From positions 9,734,001 through 9,798,000 of the forward strand of contig NC_043006.1 of the NCBI RefSeq assembly GCF_006345805.1: DNA of 64,000 nucleotides, read 5' to 3'. The position numbers and the translations under genes are program-made. The stretch's first letter is position 1, and every line of letters begins with the position of its first letter. Shown here in pieces: positions 52,009 through 64,000 of this stretch. Source of the stretch: Octopus sinensis. Taxonomy: Eukaryota. The notes beneath the pieces were generated by a model, which saw nothing but the letters and a program-made list of their open reading frames with translations, did not search any database and was not told where the DNA came from.

Positions 52009-52230
52009 TATTTCTTTACTAACCACAAGGGGCTAAACATAGAGGGGACAAACAAGGACAGACAAAGGGATTAAGTCGATTACATCGACCCCAGTGCAAA
52101 ACTGGTACTTTATTTAACGACCGCGAAAGGATGAAAGGCAAAGTCGGAATTCGAACTCAGAACGTAACGACAGACGAAATACCGCGAAGCATTTCGCCCT
52201 GCGCGCTAACGTTTCTGCCAGCTCGCCGCC
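52009..52230 (-). mobile_element. Monomeric SINE (family of 18887-19300)
   Basis: Head GGCGGCGAGCTGGCAGAAACGTTAGC; 15-bp TSD ATGTCTGCATATATA at 51994-52008 and 52236-52250. Confidence 0.92.
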
Positions 52231-52760
52231 TTTATATGTCTGCATATATAAACTGGTAAACCACAGCGAAAATTTATTGGATAAGGAAATGCGTTGGGGA
52301 ATATGAATACGATCTTCAAATTAATTAATTACATTTCTTCCTCTATGATGACCGTTTTATCTTTCAATAATACTTCTAGAGTGCTAAGAATTCGCATGCT
52401 CTCATACTTTTTCGAATACTAACTGTATAATGTAATTCTTCTCTTAAATAGTACTTTTTAATATTAATAAAACTGAAAGTAGTGGATTGGCAGAACTGTT
52501 TGAACGTCGGGCAAAATGCTTAAATGTAGTTCGTCTCTTTTTACGTTCACTTGACATGCCGCTGCAATCGACTTTGACTTTCGTCTCTCTGGATCGATAA
52601 AGTAGGTACAGTCAAGCACTGGTATTAGTGTAATCATCTACACTTTTCTCCATATCAAAAACTTCCACGCCTTATAGCTACAGTAGGAAGAAATATTAGT
52701 GAAAAATAAAAACATATGTATGCAGATATGGAAATTGTCGGCAATTTTACTTCCGCTCTA

Positions 52761-53190
52761 AGGTGGCGAGTTGGCCGAAACGTTAGCACACCAGGCGAAA
52801 TTCTTAGCGACATTTCGTCTGCCGTTACATTCTGAGTTCAAATTCCGCCGAGGTAGACTTTGCCTTTCATCCTTCCAGGGTCGATAAATTAAGTACCAGT
52901 TACGCACTGGGATCGATATAATCGACTTAATCCCTTTGTTTGTCCTTTGTTTGTCCCCTCTACGTTTAGCCCATTGTGGACAGTAAAGAAATAAGAAACG
53001 TTAGCACGTCAAGAGAAAGTGCTTACCGTTACTTCGTCTGTCTTTACATTCTGAGTTTAAATTCTGCCGAGGGCGACTTTGCTTTTCATCCTTTCGAAGA
53101 GGATAAATTAAGTACCAATTACGTACTGGGGTCAATCCAATCGACTGACATAGTCCCCCAAAACTTTGGGCCCCGTACCTAGATTAAAAA
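52761..53190 (+). mobile_element. Young SINE joined head-to-tail to an older headless copy of the same family
   Basis: Tail ...AGTAAAGAAATAA followed directly by GAAACGTTAGCAC of a more diverged body. Confidence 0.8.
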
Positions 53191-55473
53191 ATGAATTTTA
53201 CTTCGAATCTAGAATGCCTTAATTTGTTTAAAATCTGAGTGCAGCTTTACACCTGACACACTAGCCTTTCACCTGTAATGTGCTGGTAAATCTGCGTTTA
53301 CTATATGTTCATTCCCCTCAGAAAACTGACCTGTCATCTTGTTAGATGAAACTTACAAAACGAGTAATCAGGTCAGTTTATTGTGATCATAACAGGAATT
53401 ATAATATATTCACAGATCATTTTAATATAGTTTGCATTGAAAGATACCAACGTTCAGATAAGAATATATGGAATACGTAAAGATAGATTAACTGATAAAC
53501 ATAGACTAAAGTTTCTCATTGTTAATTTCAGTAATATGTGAAGCCATAAAATTATTCATTGTATAAACATCCATGGAGAGCGTAAGCGCCAGAAATTGCA
53601 AATACGCCAATGAAAATCGAGTGTCATGATAATAGGCTGCTATCGCTGTTGTCTTGGAACTTAATCTTCTGAACAAGTTTACTTTCCTTTATCGAGAGAC
53701 ACTTGTTTGTATCTGATTAAATCGAATCAACTTTCGAAAATCAGGTAATATAAAATTTTATCTATCACGTTCACTAGCGGAAACTTGATCGATCGACTAG
53801 TGTGATGTTTGCCAGGAACCAATCAGTCAGTTATCAATGAATATTGTTAGCTGTGGTAGAGTTGGAAAATAATTAAAATTCATTGATTGTTTTTGAGGCA
53901 GACGTAAAATTTGTGATTGCCAGAAGTTGTGAGAAATTATCGTTAAAGTTTAGAACAAACTATCTCACTCACGCACTTAAATTTTTCTCTAAACTTAATA
54001 ACAAAATTTTTATGTAAAATAAATATATGTGACGACATTATAATTAAGAAATATCAATTATATTATTGAAGCTTAGTCATAAATTTGCTAAGTTGTCCTT
54101 TTTAATACAAGTATATCAAAGTTATGCACGGTACAATTTATAGTATGACACAGTTTTCTTGAATAATAATATTTTGTGACTGATTAAGATCGAAGGCTGG
54201 AATTAGCAAAATAATTTAGAAAATGTAAGTAGATACACAAACAGGCACGCACACACACACACACATATACATAGGGAGGAAGAAAGAGAGAAAGATAGAG
54301 AGAGAGACAGACAGAGAGAGAATTATACACAGAAAGAGAAAGAAAGGGAGACGAAGTGAGATGCAAATAGACTGATGGATCGATTGTTTGTTGACAGTTG
54401 AATGTTAACATGTGGAGTATGGTGGTGAAATATATCGAGGTATTGTAAATGTTTTTTTTTTTCATAATTATAAGTCCATTAAACATAACGGAGTATTCTT
54501 TTAGAAATGGGGCGCCTGGGGAAATTTTCTTTCATATATAGATTTCTATTTGCACTTATGATTGGATATTAAAAAGAATTATACTTTAAAATCAATCACT
54601 GAAATTTCGCGTTAGGAATTGTATATTGTTTTGTGGGAAAATGGTGTGTCATTTCAGTATTCCGTCGGGGGTAGTAGATGTAGGTTGCTTAAGCAAACAA
54701 CGCCACAAATAAAAGCAGAAAATTGAACGAAATCAGCATTTTCAATATTTTAGTGTGATAGATTTCAAAATGAGATTGATTCGATATATTGGATGAATGG
54801 GCTTAATAGACATCATTAAATGCTTTAGATTAAGTTACTTTCCAAATATTACATGTTAAGTGTCAGGCCAATATCGAATCGTAGTGTAAACTTCTTTGAG
54901 TATCATCGTACTGATATTGTCTACATGAAATGGAACCTCCGTGAAACAAATATTTATGTTTCGGCTTAATGTTAAATTAAACAAGACTGTTTTCATTATA
55001 TCAATGATTCTTCGAGATTGTAAATATTGACAGAATATAAGTTACATGATATATAATTCGAGGTTGTGAAGCTACTGTTTTAAGGCTTGTAGTGGTTTAA
55101 ACCAGTTGCAATACTTATTCTCAAACACAAAGTATTTAATCTACTCACATGTTCTTTTAAGTATTTTGTACCCTTGATTTAATAACGAATTTGATTTAAA
55201 AACAAATGCACAAACAAAATACATAGTTCATACCGTACATGTATTCAAGCGTATAACATTTATCACGTGGATATCTATAGAAGCTGGCAATGTTTGTCCT
55301 ATTTCACAAAATCATGCACACCTATAATAATTCTCAGATACAAACTGAAACACCACCCAGCTAGCACACCCGCACACCCAAATACACATATATAAATCCA
55401 CCAAACACAACTCATCATATATCTATTACGAAGCGCACATACACGCTGACACAGAGACATACATCCCTGCTTA

Positions 55474-55858
55474 GTGGAGGCGCAATGGACCAGTGGTTAG
55501 GGCATCGGACTCGCGGTCATAGGATCGCGGTTTCGATTCCCAGACCGGGCGTTGTGAGTGTTTATTGAGCGAAAACACCTAAAGTTCCACGAGGCTCCGG
55601 CAGGGGATGGTGGTGATCCCTGCTGTACTCTTTCACCACAACTTTCTCTCACTCTTACTTCCTGTTTCTGTTGTACCTGTATTTCAAAGGGCCGGCCTTG
55701 GCACTCTCTGTGTCACGCTGAATATCCCCGAGAACTACGTTAAGGGTACACGTGTCTGTGGAGTGCTCAGTCACTTACACGTTAATTTCACGAGCAGGCT
55801 GTTCCGTTGATTCGGATCAACCGGAACCCTCCTCGTCGTAACCGACGGAGTGCTTCCA
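55474..55858 (+). mobile_element. Full-length tRNA(Arg-like)-derived SINE
   Basis: Near-identical to 18187-18565; 13-bp TSD ACATCCCTGC(T/C)TA at 55461-55473 and 55861-55873. Confidence 0.93.
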
Positions 55859-56039
55859 CCACATCCCTGCCTACACCAACAAGTACTTTTCTGGCTTACT
55901 GACGCGCTTATTTCTCAGTCGCATAATTGAATTTACAATTTGTACTCTTTTGTCTTTCCTAGCAGCGCAGGTTCTATGCTTGCGAATTTCTTTCCCCTCC
56001 TTTTTTCATTTTCTTTTATGAAAAAGTCCAACATCCGAA

Positions 56040-56600
56040 ATATTTTTCTTCTACACTAGGCACAAGGCCCGAAATTTTATGAGGAGTTGGGTGGCTAGTC
56101 GACGGCTACTTAATTCAATTATCCCGAAAGGATGAAAAGGACAGTCGCACTTGAACTCAGAGCGTAGCGGCAGACGAAATACCTATTTCTTTACTCCCCA
56201 CAAGGGGGCTAAACATAGAGGGGACAAACAAGGACAGAAAACGGATTAAGTCGATTAGATCGACCCCAGTGCGTAACTGGTACTTATTTAATCAACCCCG
56301 AAAGGATGAAAGGCAAAATCGACCTCGGCGGAATTTGAATTCAGAACGTAGGGGCAGACGAAATACCTATTTCTTTACTACCCACAAGGGGATACACACA
56401 GAAGGGACAAACAAGGACATACAAACGGATTAAGTCGATTATACCAACCCCAGTGCGTAACTGGTACTTTATTTATCGACCCCGAAAGGATGAAAGGCAA
56501 AGTCGACCTCGTCGAAATTTGAACTCAGTACGTAACGGCAGACGAAATACGGCTACTCATTTCGCCCGACGTGCTAACGTTTCTGCAAGTTCACCGTCTC
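56040..56600 (-). mobile_element. SINE trimer (one head, three bodies)
   Basis: Junction AAAGAAATA-GG-TATTTCGTCTG on minus strand at ~56180 and ~56365; last body older with a different 3' end. Confidence 0.85.
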
Positions 56601-57042
56601 CAACATCTAAAATATTAAACATTTTTTTTATATGATTTCACTGCAAAGGTCTAACTTACCGATTTAACCAATGAATAGTTTCTCCGTGTTTTGAGACACC
56701 CATCATCATCATCAAGATCCCTTAACTGAGGCTGTCAGTCACTCGGGTGTCACGAATATGTACCAAAACTATTATATTTATTGGTGTGTGTGTGTGACGC
56801 CCTCACCTGCTCATATGCATACCAATATCAAGCAATAGCATGGACTCCCGAAACTTGAAGCATTGCGGATCTAAGACGTATATAGAAACTGTTATTAAAT
56901 GTTTGTGTGTGTGTACGTGTGCATGTGTATAGATATATGCATGCACACTCACAAACATATATACATACATATATACAATCATACATACACACACACATAC
57001 ATACATACATACCGGTGGAATGTACCAGTGAACACTTAAATA

Positions 57043-57460
57043 AAATGTAAGCACAACAGACCTGATATAATGATTTGGGATAGAGAAGAGAAGCTGTGTA
57101 CGGTTGTGGAAATTAGCTGCCCAGCAGAAGTTAACATAAAGCTCAAGATCAGTGAAAAACGGAACACTCATGCTGAACTACTGAGAAATCAACAGTTACT
57201 CAATCCCCATTACAGGTTCGGGGTTAACTGCAATTATTGGGGTCCTGGGATATGTAACACGCTGCCTAAATAACGATGTTGAGAAATTAGGCTTCTAAAA
57301 ACCAGAAAGGAGAAAGCTAATAGGAAGGCTACAGAGCCAATCCATCACTGGAACTGTAAACATCTTTAAAACTTTCCAGAAGTTATCATTTAAATATATA
57401 TGAGCATGTCAAGATATGTAACTCTATGCATGATAATACATACATAAATTATACAAATCT
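57043..57460 (+). mobile_element. 3' fragment of an RLE-type non-LTR retrotransposon (R4/Dong-like)
   Basis: KCKHNRPDIMIWDREEKLCTVVEISCPAEVN...EK...IIGVLG...: HNRPD / E-x-x-x-P signature of restriction-like endonucleases; (CATA)n on both sides. Confidence 0.75.
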
Positions 57461-58346
57461 GCACATACATACATACATACATACATACATACATACATAC
57501 ATACATACATACATACATACATACACACATGATGGCTGCCCCCTTATTATCGAGTATGGCCATTGCACGAAGCTTAACTGTTATTGGTGCTGTGATCGAA
57601 TGTGACATTTTAGCCCAGCTAAAGATCTATAATGTCATGTACAGAATTGGAAGCTAAAACTTTTACCGGTAATAGCCGGCTGTAGTTGTAACTGGGCTTC
57701 ATGTTACTTTGGATGTCGTTTAAGTCCTCCTGCCGAATTACACTCTCTTTCACATACCTGACAGATATGATTAGTATGGTGTGTAACACCACCAATAGTG
57801 GCCAGGTTGTCACTCATACATACATACATACATACATACATACTTACATATGCATATACATACATACATACATACATTCATACGTAGATACATATACAAT
57901 ACATACATAACTTCATTCAAACAAACAAAAATACCCTGTTGTTGATGTTGAAATTCTAATAAAGGAATCTTGGATCTAGGGTAGAAACCGGTTCTTTCTC
58001 TATTGGCAAGAAATCTTGAAATAAACTCAATAATGACATACTTACCTACGTACGTACTTACATACACGTAAAAAAGAAAAATGAGCAATCTGACAGGATA
58101 TGATTTTCGGTAAAAATCTTTGCGGCATTTCTTTATGTGTGTGCCGCACAATATTCTCAGTTCACATTTTGGTGAAGTCAACTTTTCTTTCCTGGTCATT
58201 ATGTGATCCCCAACATAAAATACTGGGTTCGACCGTATCGAATAAATCTCTCCTGTCAAAATTACTGGTATTGTGCTTAAGTCAGAAACCATATGTCTAT
58301 GTTTGTGTACTCTTGTGTGTGTGCGTGTGTGAGTGTGTGTGTATAT

Positions 58347-58388
<42 letters not shown>

Positions 58389-59499
58389 TCTGTGCTTTAT
58401 ATTTTACGTTGCTGAATTTTTTTCTCTTCTAACGCAAGTATGTCACAGTTCCTGTAGGCATGATAGCTGAACGACTTTTCAATATATATCATGTGCGTCA
58501 TCACTCTTATCATTCCCTTGTGATATCCTATAAATCATATGAAAATATGTTTATCACTTGCTATTTTTCTCACGAAACTTCTTTAAATCGCCGCGATCAA
58601 TATGTTAACTGGTTGTGACACCAATGTATCAGAATAATTTCATTCGTAGACAGCCGCTGCATATTCTGTATAATCTCTTCATTAATCCCATTCAGCATGA
58701 GATGGACTCTGATATATTCGTAATTCGGTCTTCACGTTAAATTATAAATGGTCTGAAATCTAACGCTTCACTCAGCGATTTTGTGCAGAACGTTTCCGTA
58801 TGATAAATTCTTTTGACTTTGACGAATTATTAATGTAGATATGAATATAACTTATTTGCATTATCTACGCCATTTATAACTTTATTAGAAATACATATAT
58901 CTGGGAAATTACTATCACATACGAAGATAAATCAATTGCTATAGACATATGTCTATATAGTGGGAAAATGATCCAGGTAAGATACGACCTATTTATATTA
59001 TGATTAGATATTTGATACCTTCATTTTACAGAGTGCAGGTAAAACACAGCACTAACGTTAATAAAAGATGATGGGTAGACATTTTTTAGAGAAGAGAATG
59101 TTTAATATGCCTTCAGGAAATAATATTTTTTTATATATATATAATCAATAATAGAGTAGTTTCAAATATGATTGAAAACCAATGTGGTAATGTTTTGGGC
59201 AAAGGCATGTTTTAATTCTTTATGTATATGCTCTGAATTAAAGTTGACCACCTTGCTTTTTATACTTTCCAGTTTCATGAAACGAATATTGCTTCGATAA
59301 AACTTACAAAAATCCCTTGGAATATAATTCAAGTTTCATCGATTTCCAATGGTTGAAATTTCTAATGAAAATGTATTTTGTCTCATTGCGGAAAAAAGTG
59401 GTACTCTACCATTCCCGGTACTCTTATAAGATGTGTTCTAGCTCCTCGTGTAATTAAAAACTAATACACACACACACACACACCTATATATATTCTTTA

Positions 59500-60220
59500 C
59501 CTTACTCTCCACCCTAGTACCTTTCAAACATATTACACCACTTCCCACTTTTTACACATATTCCTTCCTTGCAGCCTTATCTGTTCCTTCTATCCCATCC
59601 CCTATTCTTTTTAACTTGATAGCTCTATTCTCCAATCACTCTCACAATATCTTGACCACCAACTTGCACTCCGTTTTCATTTCATTTTCCACTTAATTTC
59701 TTCTTTCTTCACTTGTACATTTTCAACGATACCTTTCTCCTCCTTCTAACATACATATATATTCTCTTCTCTCTATCTACTTACCCCTACCACTACGTTC
59801 TCAAAATGTCACCACAGGACCATTTTCAATGAATAGCATATGCAATTTGTGTCAACTCTATCCATTTGTAATTAAAAGAAATATGAACTCTTATCGGGAT
59901 TTACATACCATGGACAAGAATCATTTCTACTCATTCTACACGGCACTTTCCTTGGATACTGGTGTTGCAAATCTAACATCCTACATATATTTTTATTTTA
60001 CTCTTATTCTCTTATTTCCTTTGATACTTCCTATATTCATCCTTATCCAAAATAACTCCTTATATTGAAGTCTACTATTTCCATCTATTTCATTCTCCCA
60101 TATCGTCTCTGATGAAGGGATAAGACTAATATCTCAGAAACTGTTGTAAGACTAAATTTCTCTTTATAAATGTCCCAAGAATTCCACGCAGCCTTGGTTT
60201 TATTGTCTCATTTTATTCAA
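59500..60220 (+). mobile_element. Penelope-type 3' region/pLTR
   Basis: Pyrimidine-rich region homologous to 22030-22365 and 21400-21700, carrying a hammerhead motif. Confidence 0.7.
60105..60152 (+). ncRNA. Minimal type I hammerhead-like motif
   Basis: GTCT-CTGATGA-A-GGGATA.AGACTAA.TATCTC-A-GAAAC-TGTT-GTA-AGAC; stem III palindrome (ACAGCTGT in the 22281 copy) is mutated. Confidence 0.6.
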
Positions 60221-60305
60221 TACGCACACACGCAGACGCGCGCACACAAAGACAGACACACATATATATATGAATAAATAAATGAATAAATAAATATATA
60301 TATAC

Positions 60306-60354
<49 letters not shown>

Positions 60355-60357
<3 letters not shown>

Positions 60358-60445
60358 AATAAATAAAATATATGCATACATACATACATATATGTACGTA
60401 CCTACATCTACATGTATATATACATGCATATATGTATATATATAT

Positions 60446-60489
<44 letters not shown>

Positions 60490-60640
60490 TACAGGACTCC
60501 ATAAATAGACGTAGAACTCAACGAGAAACGAAGACATAAACACAAACATGGAAAGGGACTTTTTTAATAAGAAAAAAACAGAGTACAAGACAAATAATAA
60601 GAGGAATATTCCCCTTCATCAGCTATCCCTGGTTCGACTC
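60355..60640 (-). mobile_element. Solo repeat related to the 42541-43750 direct repeats
   Basis: AATAAAATATATGCATACATAC...GTACAGGAC...CCCCTTCATCAGCT shared. Confidence 0.7.
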
Positions 60641-60642
60641 CA

Positions 60643-60858
<216 letters not shown>

Positions 60859-62005
60859 TGACAAAATCATTGAAGGGAATATAATAAATAGTCTACCCAG
60901 GTGTAATGTTACATTTTCAGTTGAGGTAATTGGTGAGTATCCCAATGGTACTGGGTAGAGTAGTCATCTAAGATATGTCAATAAAGGCAAGAATATTAAA
61001 ACAGTCCGGAGAAGGTAAGAGAGTCAAAATATTTATTTCGCAACGAGAAAACGATGGTGAATATAGAGAGAAAAATGAAAGTGCTGTTGAATGAACCAGG
61101 AAAGTATACTCTGGAAAATACAGACAAAATCCATCTAATCCCACGCACGCACACACCCAGAGACACACTCACTCACACAAAGACACAGACGCACACACAT
61201 GCACACACAGATATCTGTGTAAGTATGAATGTAATAGATGTAGGACTAGATAATCATCACACTACTACAAAATTAAAACGTTTCTGGAGTAATTGAATTA
61301 GAAATAATATCATTGATGGATACTTAATTTTGGGGTTCAGTTGAAAACGATACAAAAGAGGATATACAATGAAGCCATATGCTGAAGATTTGCTGAAATA
61401 TCTCGAACGTAAAATTTTAGTATCACAAAAGTTGAATTTGAAATCATATCTGAAGAAGTCCATTAATGCAGAGCACATAGTTTTTCTACAGATTTTAAAT
61501 CAAATTTGCATTATATTACTTCATTCGTTTCGATTAAACCTTTGTCAGAAAAGTTAAAAGTTTGTATAACTAAATTTTCCATGAAATTACCGCTCAAGAT
61601 ATTAATGATATCTAACGCCACCGCCAGTAGGATAAATTCAACAAAACAGATATTCATGGCATGCCGGATATTTCAGAACGAGAATCATGTTTTATGAAAA
61701 TCGTGCCTTAAAAACTTTAAATGAAACAAATAAATATAAATGAATAAAACAACTAACATTTTCCAAAATATTCTCTCATGTACTTATGTTTTCGAAAACT
61801 TCTCCATCAAAAAGCTATATATCATAATATAGAAGCTTATTGCAAGAACAACAGGATTGAGTATAGATATGAAATAACAAAGTTTATTAAAATGAGAGGA
61901 CATGAGAATATTCTACTGCAATCTGATTTACAAATTTAATATACATCTGTACCTCTCTCTCCCTCTCCCTCTCTCTCTCTCTTTCTATATATATATATAT
62001 ATATA

Positions 62006-62369
62006 TGGAAGCACTCCGTCGGTTACGACGACGAGGGTTCCGGTTGAGCCTGCTCGTGAAATTAACGTGCAAGTGGCTGAGCACTCCACAGACACGTGTA
62101 CCCTTAACGTAGTTCTCGGGGATATTCAGCGTGACACAGAGAGTGACAAGGCCGGCCCTTTGAAATACAGGTACAACAGAAACAGGAAGTAAGAGTGGGA
62201 GAAGTTGTGGTGAAAGAGTATAGCAGGGATCACCACCATCCCTGCCGGAGCCTCGTGGAGCTTTAGGTGTTTTCGCTCAATAAACACTCACAACGCCCGG
62301 TCTGGGAATCGAAACCGCGATCCTACGACCGCGAGACCGCTGCCCTAACCACTGGGCCATTGCGCCTCC
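62006..62369 (-). mobile_element. tRNA(Arg-like)-derived SINE with small internal deletion
   Basis: Reverse complement of 18187-18565 lacking the GTTCCGTTGATTCGGAT segment; (TA)n both sides. Confidence 0.93.
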
Positions 62370-62417
62370 TATATATATATATATATTATATATATATATA
62401 TGCACACACACACACAC

Positions 62418-62513
<96 letters not shown>

Positions 62514-62934
62514 TGCATGTATGTACGTATGAATATATGTATGTATAGGAATATATATCTACGTGTTTATATGAGGATATACAAGTGAAGCCATATGCTA
62601 AAGCTTTGCTGAAATGTCTCGAATGTAAGCTTTTAGCATCACGAGAGTGATAAAGTATACTTAGTGATATTTCGTCTACTGTGACGCTCTAAGTTGAAAT
62701 TCGGCCGCGATCGACTTTCCCTTTCATCCTTTGATGATGCTCTGATTGAGTACAAATATTGTATATAAATGTACCATGCACACAAGGGAAGAAATCTGAT
62801 TCATTTAAGAACCGTTATTGTAACCATGTTGCTAGCTTTAAGACATTCAATAAGAGACATTTTACATCTTTATAAGATTTGGTATGGCGATTGGAGAGGG
62901 ATAAAACTAAATGCAGAATTATATATTCTATAGT

Positions 62935-63276
62935 AAGGACATACTCTACGGAGAGCTTGCTAGGAGCACTATAGGTCTGTGGGAAGACCGTTCTTACGAT
63001 ACAAGGATGTTTGCAAAAGACATGAAGGCCTACGGCATCAATATTGGAAACTGGCAAGTAGTTGCTAGCAACCGTGGAATTTGGCGACGTACCGTAAGAG
63101 GGAACACAAAGGAGTGACATAGAGAGAGAGGAGAAATGGAAAGACAAGAAAAGACGTCAACAATAAACCATGACATTTCAAACAGCCAGGCAAAGTCTTC
63201 GCTACATTTGCGGCAGGGGGAGTGTTTGTCCAGGATAGGACTACACAGCCACAGCAGGAGATGTATTAGGACATGA
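62935..63276 (+). mobile_element. RTE-clade LINE, decayed C-terminal fragment
   Basis: KDILYGEL, DMKAYGINIGNWQVVASNRGIWRRTVRG, SRIGLHSHSRRC (terminal zinc-finger-like motif). Confidence 0.8.
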
Positions 63277-64000
63277 AATGTAAAAACCGGACTAGAGGTT
63301 ACAGGCAAAATGTAATCCATAGATAGAGTGGCAAACAAAATGCAATAACAATCGAAATAGAAAATACATAAAGAAGCAGACAAAAGAAAAGAAAATAGGT
63401 GTAGGTTTCCGTAAATTTCTATTCAACCTTAATGGTCAGATTATAAGGAAAAGTTCTAAGCAAACTGAAGAATAAAACAAAGCATTTAAAGAAAGTAAAG
63501 TAATAAATTGGTTAAGACTGACCTTTTCCGTACTTATCAATTGTCTCTTTTAATTACCTCAATTAACCTCTGTCTCCCGTTACAGTACTGGCCAAACTGA
63601 CATAAATTTCACACCTCTAGATTTTATAAGCTATTTGAAACAATTATGAAAAAGTAATTAGTAGGCATCCTTACACCAGCTCCACCCCGTATATTCTTCC
63701 AATGTCCACTTACGAGTTCGTGTGTTTGTGCGTGTGTGTGGACATATGCACCTTACTAAGATTCTTATTATCTTTTCCGGTTATATCAATAATGTATGAT
63801 GGATTGAAAACTCTAATCCACATACAACGTAATGAGTATATTTTTAAATATATGAATATGTATCTATATACAGATATGTGTATATAAAAAAAACACCCAT
63901 GCATTCATCTATATATGCTCATATCAGTATATAAACAGCATTAGCTACTTTGGTGCTAGAGTATCGCAATCCAGGAATGATGTAAGGCGTTAGCGAAAAC

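Noticed and set aside
57950-58000. GAAACCGGTTC as another hammerhead
   Set aside because: Palindromic half-site present but no CUGANGA core or stem I in this copy.

Overview
AT-rich, microsatellite-dense eukaryotic non-genic (intergenic or deep intronic) DNA. The SINE and microsatellite landscape looks cephalopod (Octopus-like); this is an inference from recalled repeat families, not a database result. No host protein-coding exon could be supported. Recognisable content is almost all transposon-derived: three RT-domain LINE copies of the CR1/L2-type group (one with an uninterrupted 551-codon ORF, two arranged tail-to-tail), three RTE 3' fragments, an R4/Dong-like endonuclease fragment, two decayed Penelope-like elements, two Tc1/mariner remnants, Helitron pieces and several tRNA-derived SINE families. 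Most notable observations: (1) many sequence-unrelated minimal hammerhead-ribozyme motifs in short repeats with Penelope-style tandem/inverted architecture, including one with a complete core at 20602-20649 and a degenerate one at the tail of a tRNA-headed SINE; (2) a U6 snRNA retrocopy fused to the same ~55-nt LINE 3' module that a local SINE family shares; (3) head-to-tail SINE multimers enclosed by a single target-site duplication; (4) recurrent insertion into (TA)n tracts. Boundaries of decayed elements are approximate and were read by eye.
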